A program made the translations under genes and the position numbers. Shown piece by piece: positions 28,118 to 37,210 of a stretch of DNA of 39,651 nt (position 1 is the first letter of the stretch; the number at the start of each line of letters is the position of its first letter). The stretch comes from Abditibacteriaceae bacterium (GTDB lineage: Bacteria > Armatimonadota > Abditibacteriia > Abditibacteriales > Abditibacteriaceae). The stretch spans positions 1 through 39,651 of the forward strand of contig JANPJS010000278.1 of NCBI GenBank assembly GCA_031425655.1, given 5' to 3'. The notes under the pieces are model-generated. The model made no database searches. It saw only the letters and a program-made list of their open reading frames with translations, and was not told the DNA's origin.

Positions 28118-29506
28118 ATGCGGACAGGCGGAGCACAAAGAGCTTATCAGCGCGAGGATTTGACGCTGCGAATGCGGCGTCCTCCCGAAGAATACGTTTC
28201 CCTGCTGTCGCAGACCGAACAGGAATTTCGTCATTACGTTCATTCGTTCGAAGACACGCCGCTTTTCAGCCAACTCATCAAAGACGGCACGATTTCCAAA
28301 GTGCGGCTGCGCGGCAAAATTCCGCGCGCCAAATACGAAGAGTTCATGGACAGCCAGCTCTTCGAGTTTTTCCGCGAATACAAAATCGAAGCGCACGAAG
28401 GCTGGGAAAAAGATTTTTTGTCGCCGCACGCCTTAGATCGCGTGAGCGAATTGGCCGAAAAATACGAAGTGCCGCCGGGCATTATGACGCGGCATCTTCG
28501 ATATTTGCGCGCCATGGGACGCGGCTCGATGCCCGATTGGTCGCAGCTTCGCGGCCCGGTTCCGACTTCCGACCCAGCTTTCGACCGCATGGACAATGCG
28601 CCCTCGGATTCGACGGTTGACTTAAGCGAAATTATCGAAACAACGCGCGAATTTGTCGAAAAATACAGCGTTTCGGAGCAGGATTTTCTCGATTTGGTTT
28701 TAGGCGGCGAAGCCACGGCGCAGCAGCTTTCCACCAAGTTCGGCTGCTCGGTTCCCGAAGCCGAAGAAGTGCTGGAAGCCGCCGACCGCGTATATTTAGC
28801 CGATAGTTACGAGGAATCGAGCGCTGCGCCGGCCTCCAAAGCGCGCAGCGGCGCTTCTCTCGCGCAGCAGACGAGCGATGCCGTCGGCTTCGTGCAGGTC
28901 GTTGACGGGCAATTGGCGATTCAATTCGATCACGATTCGGTTTACGCACAGCGTTATCGCATCAAGCCGCAGGCGCTCAAGGATTTAAAAAACGATCCGC
29001 GTATTCCGGTTCAGGCGCGCGAGATTTTATCCAGAGCGCGTTTCATCAATCAGCGGCTTTCGGCGCTCTCGCGCTTGATGATGACGCTGTTCTCACAGCA
29101 AATGGACTATCTGGCGACAGGCGATCCGTGCAAAATGAAGCCTCTCGCGCAAGCCGAACTGGCGCGGCAATTAGGCGAGCATCCTTCGACGGTCTCGCGT
29201 CTGATTCGCAACAAAATGATTGAAACGCCGTGGGGTAAAATCCCGTTGTTGTTCTTGTGCCAGAGCAAAACCGACGTTGTCGCGCGTCTCATCGCGCAGT
29301 TCCCCAAATCCACCGATTACGAAGTGGTGATTCGCCTGCGCGAGGATTTCGATTGCCAGATCGCGCGGCGCACCGTGGCCTACCATCGCGGCAAACGCCT
29401 GCGCCGCAACAAGCCGCATCAGCCGCGTGCGAAGCCGGGAGAAGCGACAAAGAAGTCAGAAGTCAGAAGTCAGAAGTCAGAAAACGCGGAGAGAAAATCA
29501 GGATGA
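28118..29506 (+). CDS. rpoN: Divergent sigma54 (RpoN)-like factor
   Basis: HTH region KPLAQAELARQLGEHPSTVSRLIRNKMIETPWG; RpoN-box variant IARRTVAYHR; ATG 28118 follows GAGG; N-terminal two-thirds atypical. Confidence 0.75.
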   Translation: MRTGGAQRAYQREDLTLRMRRPPEEYVSLLSQTEQEFRHYVHSFEDTPLFSQLIKDGTISKVRLRGKIPRAKYEEFMDSQLFEFFREYKIEAHEGWEKDFLSPHALDRVSELAEKYEVPPGIMTRHLRYLRAMGRGSMPDWSQLRGPVPTSDPAFDRMDNAPSDSTVDLSEIIETTREFVEKYSVSEQDFLDLVLGGEATAQQLSTKFGCSVPEAEEVLEAADRVYLADSYEESSAAPASKARSGASLAQQTSDAVGFVQVVDGQLAIQFDHDSVYAQRYRIKPQALKDLKNDPRIPVQAREILSRARFINQRLSALSRLMMTLFSQQMDYLATGDPCKMKPLAQAELARQLGEHPSTVSRLIRNKMIETPWGKIPLLFLCQSKTDVVARLIAQFPKSTDYEVVIRLREDFDCQIARRTVAYHRGKRLRRNKPHQPRAKPGEATKKSEVRSQKSENAERKSG

Positions 29507-29587
29507 AGATAATGTTCCAGGGGGTGCGAAAGCCATTCCTCGTATTTCTGCATCTGCTTGTCTTCTGTCTTCTGACTTCTGACTTCT
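29451..29587. repeat. Heptamer-repeat inverted pair spanning a gene junction
   Basis: (AGAAGTC)x4 at 29451-29478 and (GWCTTCT)x4 at 29560-29587. Confidence 0.85.
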
Positions 29588-31533
29588 CTCTTCTTTCCAG
29601 CGCATGGGCCGCCGACGCGCCAATGGTCAACGGTGCGCCGGGCGATGTGGTGGCCATCGGGAAAATGGTCGGCCAATTGGAGCAGACCGTGGCGGCGCGC
29701 GATGCCAACACGCTGCAACTCTTCGGGGCGGGCGACGACTGGCATCAATATACCGATTTAAACGCGCAAACGCGCATTACGCACATGGCCGTCACGAAGG
29801 CCGGCGCGCTGGTGCGGCAAAACTTTCGTATCAGCGGCACGCGCGATGGAACGCCGACTTCACTGGTCGCCGGCACGCAGGAATTGTGGCTGTCGCGCTT
29901 GGCCGACGGGCGCTTCGTGTTCACGCCCAAACACTGGACGGCGCCGCCCGATGCGGCAGAGTCCTTAGCCGATGCCGCGCGCGAAGAATGGCAGGCTCCC
30001 GCTGACGATCAAGGCGAAACCACGCCCGCCGGCTTGCTGCACCTTGTGGCCGAACGACGCGGCGACCGCTGGATTGCCCTGCGCCGCTCGCGCTGGAACG
30101 GAACACTGCTCGATACCGATCAATTGGTGCAGGCCACGCGCGCAATGCCAACCGCCGATCCTGCGGACGTTTCCGCTTGGCTGCGGGCGCAAATGCAAGG
30201 TTTCGATGGACGCGGAGCGGGCGCGGCGCACTTCTTTTTGCAGGCCGGGCGGCGCGGCTGGGTCGGCTTGGGCGCGGTCTGGGACGGCAATCGAAACCTG
30301 CCCGATTCCATCGAAAAACAAGTCGCTGCGATGCGCGAGAATTTAGACGGCGCGGGCTATTTTTCACCCGCCGCGCACCGCGATTTCGGCGTGGCGTTGT
30401 CGCAAATCGGCCTGACTGCCGAAGCTGCCGAGGAACTGGAAAAAGCCAATGCCATGCAGCCCGGCCTGGTTGCCGCCGCGCAAATTGAGCAAGTCGCGGC
30501 GCAGCGCGCTCTCGATCCGCAGAATTTGGCGATCACCCAACTGCAAAACGAGGCCAAAGTTGGCTTGGATGCCAGCCATCCGGTCTACGCCATCAACGCT
30601 TTGATGAAAGAGCGCCCCCAACCGCAAACGCCCTTGCAGGCGCTGCGATTGGGATTGGAATACTCCAAGTTCGCCGATGATGAGCAAGCCGGAAAATATC
30701 TGCGTTTAGCCGAGCAAATGGTCAATCGCGGCGCGCTGAATGGGGCCACGCCCGGCGATGTAGGCTGGGCTGAAGTCATCGTCGAACATCTGCGCGAGCG
30801 CGAGAAAACGCTGCGTATGAAGCCGCCCAACATCGTGCGCTCGGCGCTTTTTACGCTGCGCTGCTGGCCCAACGATGTCAACGCGCTGCAAGTGCTGGCC
30901 GCTCTGGAATCGGCGCAGCACACGGTTTATGCGGATTTCGGCATTCCGATGGGCAGCACCGAAGTCATCGTGTGGCGCACGCAAACCGAGTTTCAGCGCT
31001 ATACAACCATGTTCACGGCGCAGGGCAACAGCGAATTCGTGGCGGCTCTCACGCTCACCAAACTGATTTCCGCGCAAGGTGGCCCCTTAGTGCTGGGCGA
31101 AGAAGTCAATGTTTTCACCGACCCTCGCGCCAACACTTTTTCAACTCTGGCGCACGAATACGGGCACGTCGCGGTGCGCCAACTCAGCCGGGGCCGCATC
31201 GTTCCGGTGTGGTTTAACGAAGGCGTTGCCACGGCGGTAGAAGGCGGCTACGATGGCTATTTGTCGCGCGTTCGCAAAGCCGCGACGGCGCGGCGCCTGC
31301 TCAGTTGGCCCGAAATCTCGCAGTGGAACGTGGACGGCGAGCGCGCCTTTTTAGCGTATTCGCAGGCCAATTCAGTTGTGGATTACATCGTGGCGAAATG
31401 GGGCCGCGAAGCCGTCTTGGAAGTGCTGCGCCAAATCGGACGCGATGTGCCGCCCGAAGCGGCTTTTAGAAATGTGCTCAAAATCTCCCAGTCCGACCTG
31501 TGGAGCCGCTGGGCCAGAGAGGGAATTCGGTGA
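29503..31533 (+). CDS. Secreted peptidase MA-like (gluzincin) metalloprotease with TPR-like region
   Basis: Signal peptide ending AWA; HEYGH plus PVWFNEGVA; ATG overlaps the upstream stop (ATGA). Confidence 0.82.
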   Translation: MKIMFQGVRKPFLVFLHLLVFCLLTSDFSLLSSAWAADAPMVNGAPGDVVAIGKMVGQLEQTVAARDANTLQLFGAGDDWHQYTDLNAQTRITHMAVTKAGALVRQNFRISGTRDGTPTSLVAGTQELWLSRLADGRFVFTPKHWTAPPDAAESLADAAREEWQAPADDQGETTPAGLLHLVAERRGDRWIALRRSRWNGTLLDTDQLVQATRAMPTADPADVSAWLRAQMQGFDGRGAGAAHFFLQAGRRGWVGLGAVWDGNRNLPDSIEKQVAAMRENLDGAGYFSPAAHRDFGVALSQIGLTAEAAEELEKANAMQPGLVAAAQIEQVAAQRALDPQNLAITQLQNEAKVGLDASHPVYAINALMKERPQPQTPLQALRLGLEYSKFADDEQAGKYLRLAEQMVNRGALNGATPGDVGWAEVIVEHLREREKTLRMKPPNIVRSALFTLRCWPNDVNALQVLAALESAQHTVYADFGIPMGSTEVIVWRTQTEFQRYTTMFTAQGNSEFVAALTLTKLISAQGGPLVLGEEVNVFTDPRANTFSTLAHEYGHVAVRQLSRGRIVPVWFNEGVATAVEGGYDGYLSRVRKAATARRLLSWPEISQWNVDGERAFLAYSQANSVVDYIVAKWGREAVLEVLRQIGRDVPPEAAFRNVLKISQSDLWSRWAREGIR

Positions 31534-31597
31534 GTGACGAATTACGAGTGACGAGTTACGAATGAAAACTCGTCACTCGTAATTCGTCACTCGTCAC
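31532..31597. repeat. Heptamer-repeat hairpin
   Basis: gagtgacgaattacgagtgacgag (31532-31555) is perfectly inverted at 31569-31592. Confidence 0.85.
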
Positions 31598-31602
31598 TTG
31601 AC

Positions 31603-32226
31603 ATGATTTTGCCTATTCGCATCTGGGGCGACCCGGTTTTGACCAAGCGCGCGGCGGCGGTTGACCGCGTGACTGCCGACGAGCGGCGCTTGATTGCCAA
31701 CATGATTGACACGATGGAAGCCGCCGACGGCGCCGGTTTGGCGGCGCCGCAAGTCGGGGTTTCCAAGCGCATTTTCGTGTTTCGACGCGGCGACGAAACG
31801 CACGCGCTGATTAATCCGAAGGTTTTGCGGCGCGAAGGCTCGAAGATCGGCGACGAAGGCTGCCTTTCGATTCCCGGCGCGCAGGCCAAAGTCGAACGCG
31901 CCGCCAAAGTCCTCATCGCGGGCCGCGATGCCAAAGGCAAACCGGTCGAGTGGGAATGCGAAGACGGCCCGGAGCAAGGCCGCGCCGGAGCCGCCGTGCA
32001 GCACGAACTCGATCATCTGGACGGCATTCTTTACGTGCAAAAATGCGTGCCGGACACGCTTTCGTGGCTAATCGAAATCGTGGACGACGAAGGCGAAGAC
32101 GACATCGCGCTGAAATCCGTCACGCCCGACGCGATTCTGCAAGCCTACAAAGCGCGCCTGCTGCCCAAAAACCTGCACATCTCCGACATTTTGCGCGAAC
32201 GCGTTTTGGGACGCAGCCAACGATAG
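31603..32226 (+). CDS. def: Peptide deformylase
   Basis: GAGLAAPQVG, EGCLS and QHELDHLDG. Confidence 0.96.
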   Translation: MILPIRIWGDPVLTKRAAAVDRVTADERRLIANMIDTMEAADGAGLAAPQVGVSKRIFVFRRGDETHALINPKVLRREGSKIGDEGCLSIPGAQAKVERAAKVLIAGRDAKGKPVEWECEDGPEQGRAGAAVQHELDHLDGILYVQKCVPDTLSWLIEIVDDEGEDDIALKSVTPDAILQAYKARLLPKNLHISDILRERVLGRSQR

Positions 32227-32297
32227 TTGTGAGTTTTGAGTTATGAATTTTGAGTTAATCGGCTCAATTCAAAATTCAAAATTCAAAATTCAAAATT
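32225..32297. repeat. Heptamer-repeat hairpin
   Basis: agttttg-like units x4 versus (ATTCAAA)x4. Confidence 0.8.
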
Positions 32298-32299
32298 TT

Positions 32300-33241
32300 A
32301 TGCGATTAATCTTCATGGGCACGCCCGCTTTAGCCGTGCCCTGCCTTGAACTTTTGCGCGAAGATCACGAAATCGTGCTTGTCGTGACGCAGCCGGATAA
32401 ACCGTCGGGGCGCGGCAACAAATTGACGCCTTCGGCGATAAAAACGCGGGCAATTGAGCTTGGTTTGCCGGTCGCGCAGCCCGAAAAAGCGCGCGATTTG
32501 GCTTTTATCGAAGAATTGCGCGCCGTGCGACCCGAAAGCATGGCGGTCGTGGCCTACGGGCAGATTTTGCCGAATGCGATTCTCGATATGCCGCGCGAAT
32601 TTTTGTCTCACGGCGGCTGCGTCAATTTGCATTATTCACTGCTGCCTCGCTGGCGCGGCGCGGCGCCCGTGCAGCACGCGCTGCTAAACGGCGACGAAAT
32701 CACCGGCGTAAGTTGTCAGTGGATGGCGCAAAAACTCGATGCCGGCGACTTGATTTTGCAGCGCGAAGTGCCGATTCTGCCCGACGAAACGACGGGCGAT
32801 TTATGGCAGCGCCTGACGCCAATTGGCGCCGAAGCTTTGCGCGAAGCGATGCGTTTAGTGGAAAGTGCAACCGCGCCGCGCTTGCCGCAAAACGAAGCGC
32901 ACATCACTTACGCTTCGATGCTCGACAAAGAACACGGTCGCCTCGATTGGAACGAAAGCGCGACGGCTTTGCATAACCGCGTGCGCGCCCTGAATCCGTG
33001 GCCGGGCGCGTGGTGCGAATTCAAAGGCGAAGTGCTTAAAATCTGGCGTTCGCAGGCTCTCGAAGGCGCGTCCGGCGGCGCTGCGGGTGCGATTCTCAAG
33101 ATTGAAACCGAATCTATGCTGCTGCAAACCGGCGACGGCATTTTGCGAATTTCGGAAGTGCAGGCGGCAGGCAAACCGCGCATGAATCCTGCGGCGTGGT
33201 CGCGCGGCCATCATGGCGGAATGGGCAATAAATTCGATTAG
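32300..33241 (+). CDS. fmt: Methionyl-tRNA formyltransferase
   Basis: IFMGTP, VVTQPDKP, NLHYSLLPRWRGAAP and LDAGD; follows def. Confidence 0.96.
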   Translation: MRLIFMGTPALAVPCLELLREDHEIVLVVTQPDKPSGRGNKLTPSAIKTRAIELGLPVAQPEKARDLAFIEELRAVRPESMAVVAYGQILPNAILDMPREFLSHGGCVNLHYSLLPRWRGAAPVQHALLNGDEITGVSCQWMAQKLDAGDLILQREVPILPDETTGDLWQRLTPIGAEALREAMRLVESATAPRLPQNEAHITYASMLDKEHGRLDWNESATALHNRVRALNPWPGAWCEFKGEVLKIWRSQALEGASGGAAGAILKIETESMLLQTGDGILRISEVQAAGKPRMNPAAWSRGHHGGMGNKFD

Positions 33242-33256
33242 GGCATAACTTTTGAA

Positions 33257-33377
33257 TGGAACACGGCGCCTTCGGCGACACGGAAACGACACAGATTGAC
33301 ACGGATTTTTAGATTAGTCTGCGAAAATCCACGTCGTTTCCGTGTCGTTTCCGTGTCGGCGAAGCCGCCGTGTTCCA
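33257..33377. repeat. Inverted repeat built from ~10-bp ACACGGA units
   Basis: tggaacacggcg..gacacggaaacgac pairs with gtcgtttccgtgtc..cgccgtgttcca; sister copy at 35239-35349. Confidence 0.85.
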
Positions 33378-33401
33378 ATTGAAATTTATGGTTGAAGCAT
33401 T

Positions 33402-34280
33402 ATGAAACTCACAGACGAACAATTGCAGGAATTTCGGGAAAACGGCGTGGTCGTCGTCGAAAACGTCGTGACCGAGGCCGATTTAGCGCCTTTGATTGGC
33501 GCTTACGAAGCGTGGATTGACCGTCGCGCGCAGCAGTTGCACGAAGCAGGGAAAATCCAGGACTTGGCGGAAAACGAAGGTTTTCAAAGCCGCTTCGCCA
33601 AACTTTACGAGCAGTCGCATGAAATCGAAAGCGGCCTTGATGTGATGCACGCGCGCTTGCCGGAAATGTTTGATTTTCTGCGCAATGACAACTTGCTGGA
33701 CGCCGTGGAATGCTTGGTCGGGCCGGATATTACCTGCTCGCCGATTCAACATATTCGCGCCAAGCCGCCGGCCCGGTCGTCGGGCAGCGGCGCCGGATTC
33801 TATAACGTGCCATGGCATCAGGATTCGGGCGTGACGTGGGACGAAGCCGACAACTCGGAAATCGTGACGTGCTGGATGGCTTTGGTAGATGCGACTGTGG
33901 AAAACGGCTGCATGGAAGTGTTGCCCGGCGCGTGGAAACTGGGCCACCTCACGCATCAAGCCGAAGGTGGAACGACAATTCGCCCCGATTTAATGCCTGA
34001 AATCGAACCCCGCGCCGTTCCGGTCGGGCGCGGCGGCATGGTTTTCATGCATCGCCACACGCCGCACCGCTCGACGCCAAACTATTCTGAGCAAGTGCGC
34101 TGGAGCCTCGATATGCGCTTCCAACCCGCCGGAACGCCCACAGGTCGCCCTTTTCACCCCGATTTCATCGCGCGCAGCCAATCGAATCCGCAAAGCGCCT
34201 TAAACGACTACGCCGAATGGAATCGCTTGTGGAAGGAAGCCCTTTCCAAGCCTTCGCCCGGCGCGCATCGCGTCAAATAA
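33402..34280 (+). CDS. Phytanoyl-CoA dioxygenase (PhyH) family Fe(II)/2OG enzyme
   Basis: VPWHQD, ENGCM, PHRSTPN and terminal R motif. Confidence 0.9.
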   Translation: MKLTDEQLQEFRENGVVVVENVVTEADLAPLIGAYEAWIDRRAQQLHEAGKIQDLAENEGFQSRFAKLYEQSHEIESGLDVMHARLPEMFDFLRNDNLLDAVECLVGPDITCSPIQHIRAKPPARSSGSGAGFYNVPWHQDSGVTWDEADNSEIVTCWMALVDATVENGCMEVLPGAWKLGHLTHQAEGGTTIRPDLMPEIEPRAVPVGRGGMVFMHRHTPHRSTPNYSEQVRWSLDMRFQPAGTPTGRPFHPDFIARSQSNPQSALNDYAEWNRLWKEALSKPSPGAHRVK

Positions 34281-34281
34281 A

Positions 34282-34356
34282 TGATTCACCACAGAGACGC
34301 AGAGGACGCAGAGATTTTAATTTTCTCTGCGCCCTCTGCGTTTCTGCGGTGAATCA
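34282..34356. repeat. Inverted repeat built from 9-bp units, between convergent genes
   Basis: tgattcaccacagagacgcagaggacgcagag / ctctgcgccctctgcgtttctgcggtgaatca. Confidence 0.85.
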
Positions 34357-35232
34357 ATGTTGCAGGAATTCGCGCAATGCTTCGCGCCAATCGCGCAGCG
34401 GCATGACGCCACATTCGTGCGCTTTGGCGTTGCTCATCGTGGAGTAAAGCGGACGCCGCGCCGGGGCTGCGTAGTCGTCGCTGGTCACCGATTGGACTTC
34501 GCACTTCACGTCCGCGATAGCAAAAACCTCGCGTGCGTATTCGTCGAACGTCACTTCGCCGGCGTTGGAAAGCTGAAAGAGACCGCCGTCGGCGTTTTGT
34601 AACAGTTGCCAGACGGCGGTTGCTAAATCGGGCGTGTAAGTCGGCGTGCCGATTTGGTCGCAGACGACGCGCAAAAGCGGGCGCGATTGAGCCAGATTGA
34701 GCATCGCTAACGGAAAATTGCCGACAGGCTTGGAGCCAAGCGCCGAACTCGACTGCTCGCTCGGCCCGAAAAGACGACAGACGCGAATCGCAAAGTTGCG
34801 CGGACTACCGGCCAGCGCGATGTTTTCTCCGGCTAATTTTGAGGCCGCATAAACGCCCAGCGGCCCGGTTTTGTCGTCTTCGCTGTAAGGCGAATTTTTC
34901 GCGCCGTCGAAAACGTAATCGGTCGAAAAATGTGCCAGAGGCACGCCCATTTCGCGGCAGGCACGCGCTAAAGTCGCCACGCCCAATGCATTTACGCGCA
35001 GCGCGTCGGCCATGCCGTCGCTTTCGGCCTTGTCCACCAGGTTATACGCCGCGCCGTTGATCACCAAGTTGGGCCGTGCCGCTTGCAGCGTGCCCGCGAC
35101 GGCCTCTGCATCGGCAATATCCAGTTCGACGCGCGAAAACGGCACGATTTCCACGCCGCTCGGCGCGCTATTTTGCAGCGCCCTCGCCAGTTGCCCGCGT
35201 GCGCCGGTAAGAAGAACTCGTTGGAATTGCAT
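34354..35232 (-). CDS. rfbD: dTDP-4-dehydrorhamnose reductase
   Basis: TGARGQL, STDYVFDG, YAASK, DQIGTPT and ARRPLYS; ATG at 35232. Confidence 0.93.
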   Translation of the reverse strand: MQFQRVLLTGARGQLARALQNSAPSGVEIVPFSRVELDIADAEAVAGTLQAARPNLVINGAAYNLVDKAESDGMADALRVNALGVATLARACREMGVPLAHFSTDYVFDGAKNSPYSEDDKTGPLGVYAASKLAGENIALAGSPRNFAIRVCRLFGPSEQSSSALGSKPVGNFPLAMLNLAQSRPLLRVVCDQIGTPTYTPDLATAVWQLLQNADGGLFQLSNAGEVTFDEYAREVFAIADVKCEVQSVTSDDYAAPARRPLYSTMSNAKAHECGVMPLRDWREALREFLQH

Positions 35233-35238
35233 ACTTTT

Positions 35239-35349
35239 AATGGAACACGGAGCTTCGCTACACAGAAACGACACGGAAGGCACAGATCAATCCAAAAATC
35301 CGTGAAAATCCGTGTCGTTTCCGTGTAGGCGAAGCCTCCGTGTTCCATT
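35239..35349. repeat. Inverted repeat built from ~10-bp ACACGGA units
   Basis: aatggaacacggag..cttcg.ctacac pairs with gtgtaggcgaagcctccgtgttccatt; same family as 33257-33377. Confidence 0.85.
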
Positions 35350-35355
35350 CAGCCT

Positions 35356-35955
35356 TTATCCGCCGAACTTGCCTTCAAGCACACTTTCGCCTTGCGGTCG
35401 GCGGTCGGCGGGCGCTTCGCGCGCTTGAAAATCGGCGGGCAGTTGCGCGGGATCGCCGTGCGTGCCTAAAGCGATGACGGCCAGTGGCTCGAAATCGTCG
35501 GGGATGCCGAGGGCGGTGCGTGCCCCAACGCGGTCGAAGCCGGCCATGCCGTGCGTGATTAAACCGTTTTGCTGCGCCGCGAGAGATAAATAGCCCCACG
35601 CGCAGCCGGCGTCGAATTCGTAAACGCCGTTTGGCGTGCCGTTGTGCGAAAAGGTCTTTTTCGAGATGAATAAAATCAAAACCGGCGCGTCTTTGGCCCA
35701 CAATTGATTGACCGGCATGAGAAATTCCACAAAGCGAGCGCGATCTTCGTCGCTGCGCGCCACGATGAAGCGCCACGGCTGCTCGTTGAACGAGGACGGC
35801 GCCCAGCGCGCTGCTTCTAAAACGCGATGCAGAATTTCGTCGTCAACCGGCTCGGAGGAAAAGGCGCGCGGCGACCAGCGATTGAGAAAAATCGGATCAA
35901 TTTCGTAATCTGCTTTGCGCAGCGATGCGACTTCGGGCGAAAGTTCGTTTTGCAT
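35356..35955 (-). CDS. Nitroreductase family protein
   Basis: RWSPRAF, WAPSSFNEQPWRF and HGMAGFD; ATG at 35955. Confidence 0.92.
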   Translation of the reverse strand: MQNELSPEVASLRKADYEIDPIFLNRWSPRAFSSEPVDDEILHRVLEAARWAPSSFNEQPWRFIVARSDEDRARFVEFLMPVNQLWAKDAPVLILFISKKTFSHNGTPNGVYEFDAGCAWGYLSLAAQQNGLITHGMAGFDRVGARTALGIPDDFEPLAVIALGTHGDPAQLPADFQAREAPADRRPQGESVLEGKFGG

Positions 35956-36126
35956 AAAATTCCTTTGAAATGGCCGTTGGAAGCCGGATTCGGCTCGCCG
36001 CCTAAAACGCGATGGTTCTTTGAGAGTTCCTTGACAAGTAAAGCGCGGAACGGCTATTTTGCGCCATCGCGATAAAATTTCTCGACCCCGCGCAGCCATT
36101 CGTCGGCTAAAATTTGGTCTCGCCGC

Positions 36127-36313
36127 TTTCAACGGGAAGGCGGAAAGAACGGTAAGACGGGAAGACTTGGAAGTTGACGAGGCGAAAAATCCGCTTCAAC
36201 ACAGCCCAAACACAATATCCAAGCGCAAACTCAACAGATCATGCGGATGTCCGCGCGTCCAAAGCACTCAAATCTTTTACCGCCTTCCCGTTCTTACTGC
36301 CTTCCCGTTGAAA
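36127..36313. repeat. Long inverted repeat built from 9-bp units with a ~100-bp spacer
   Basis: tttcaacgggaaggcggaaagaacggtaag pairs with cttcccgttcttactgccttcccgttgaaa. Confidence 0.8.
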
Positions 36314-36367
36314 AATCACCGAGGCATAGCACGCTGCGTAACATGACTTGTTAATGTGCCTTGAAAA

Positions 36368-37210
36368 CTATCGTCCGGCCAAGCCGGTCAGCGAAATGCC
36401 TTTGATAATCTGCTTCTGGAAAAGGATAAACGCGATGACGACCGGAATCGCCGCCAATGTCGCGGCGGCCAGCATCGGGCCGTATTCGGTGTTGTAGCGC
36501 CCTTGAAAAATGGTGATGCCGATGGGCAGTGTGCGCATCGAAAGGCTGTCGGTGAAAATCAGCGGGCCTTCAAAAGCGTTCCAGGTGCCCATAAAAGTGA
36601 AAATGCCCAGAGTGGCCAACGCGGGCTTGGAAAGCGGCAGAATGACATTACGAAAAACGCCCATCGGCCCGCAGCCATCGAGACGCGCCGCTTCTTCCAA
36701 TTCGACGGGAATCGTCATGAAAAACTGGCGCAGTAAAAATACTCCGAAGGCACCGGCACCGGCGGGAAAAATCAGCGCGCCGTAGGTGTCGAACAAGCCC
36801 AGATTGCGAATCAGCAAATAAGATGGGATGAGCAGAACTTGTCCCGGCACCAGCATCGTAGCCACCAAAATCGAGAACACGCGGTCGCGTGCGCGCCATT
36901 GCAAGCGCGAATACGCAAAAGCGGCTAAAGAATCTACGGTGAGAACCAACGCCGTCGCGGCCAGCGAAATGAAAACGCTGTTGCCCGTCCACTGCCAGAC
37001 CGGAAATTCTTCGATTTTGCTCAGCACGCCGGTGAAGTTTTCGGTCGTGACGGGATTGGGCCACCAGCGCAGGGCACCCAGACCTTTAATGATGTCGTCC
37101 GGCGATTTGAACGCCGTGCTGAGCATCCAACCCAGCGGCGCTAAAAAAAGCAGCGCCATCACGATCATCGGCAGGTGCAGCCACCATTGCGTGCGTCGAA
37201 AAATTTTCAT
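36368..37210 (-). CDS. Carbohydrate ABC transporter permease (MalG-like)
   Basis: EEAARLDG EAA motif; multiple TM helices. Confidence 0.93.
   Translation of the reverse strand: MKIFRRTQWWLHLPMIVMALLFLAPLGWMLSTAFKSPDDIIKGLGALRWWPNPVTTENFTGVLSKIEEFPVWQWTGNSVFISLAATALVLTVDSLAAFAYSRLQWRARDRVFSILVATMLVPGQVLLIPSYLLIRNLGLFDTYGALIFPAGAGAFGVFLLRQFFMTIPVELEEAARLDGCGPMGVFRNVILPLSKPALATLGIFTFMGTWNAFEGPLIFTDSLSMRTLPIGITIFQGRYNTEYGPMLAAATLAAIPVVIAFILFQKQIIKGISLTGLAGR

Noticed and set aside
29257..29502. N-terminal extensions in the ORF track (peptidase here; likewise fmt, rfbD and the second nitroreductase)
   Set aside because: They overlap upstream genes or translate repeat and intergenic DNA; downstream ATGs fit family starts better
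31532..36313. CRISPR array interpretation of the recurring repeats
   Set aside because: The repeats are inverted short tandem units separated by whole genes, with no repeat-spacer periodicity and no cas genes
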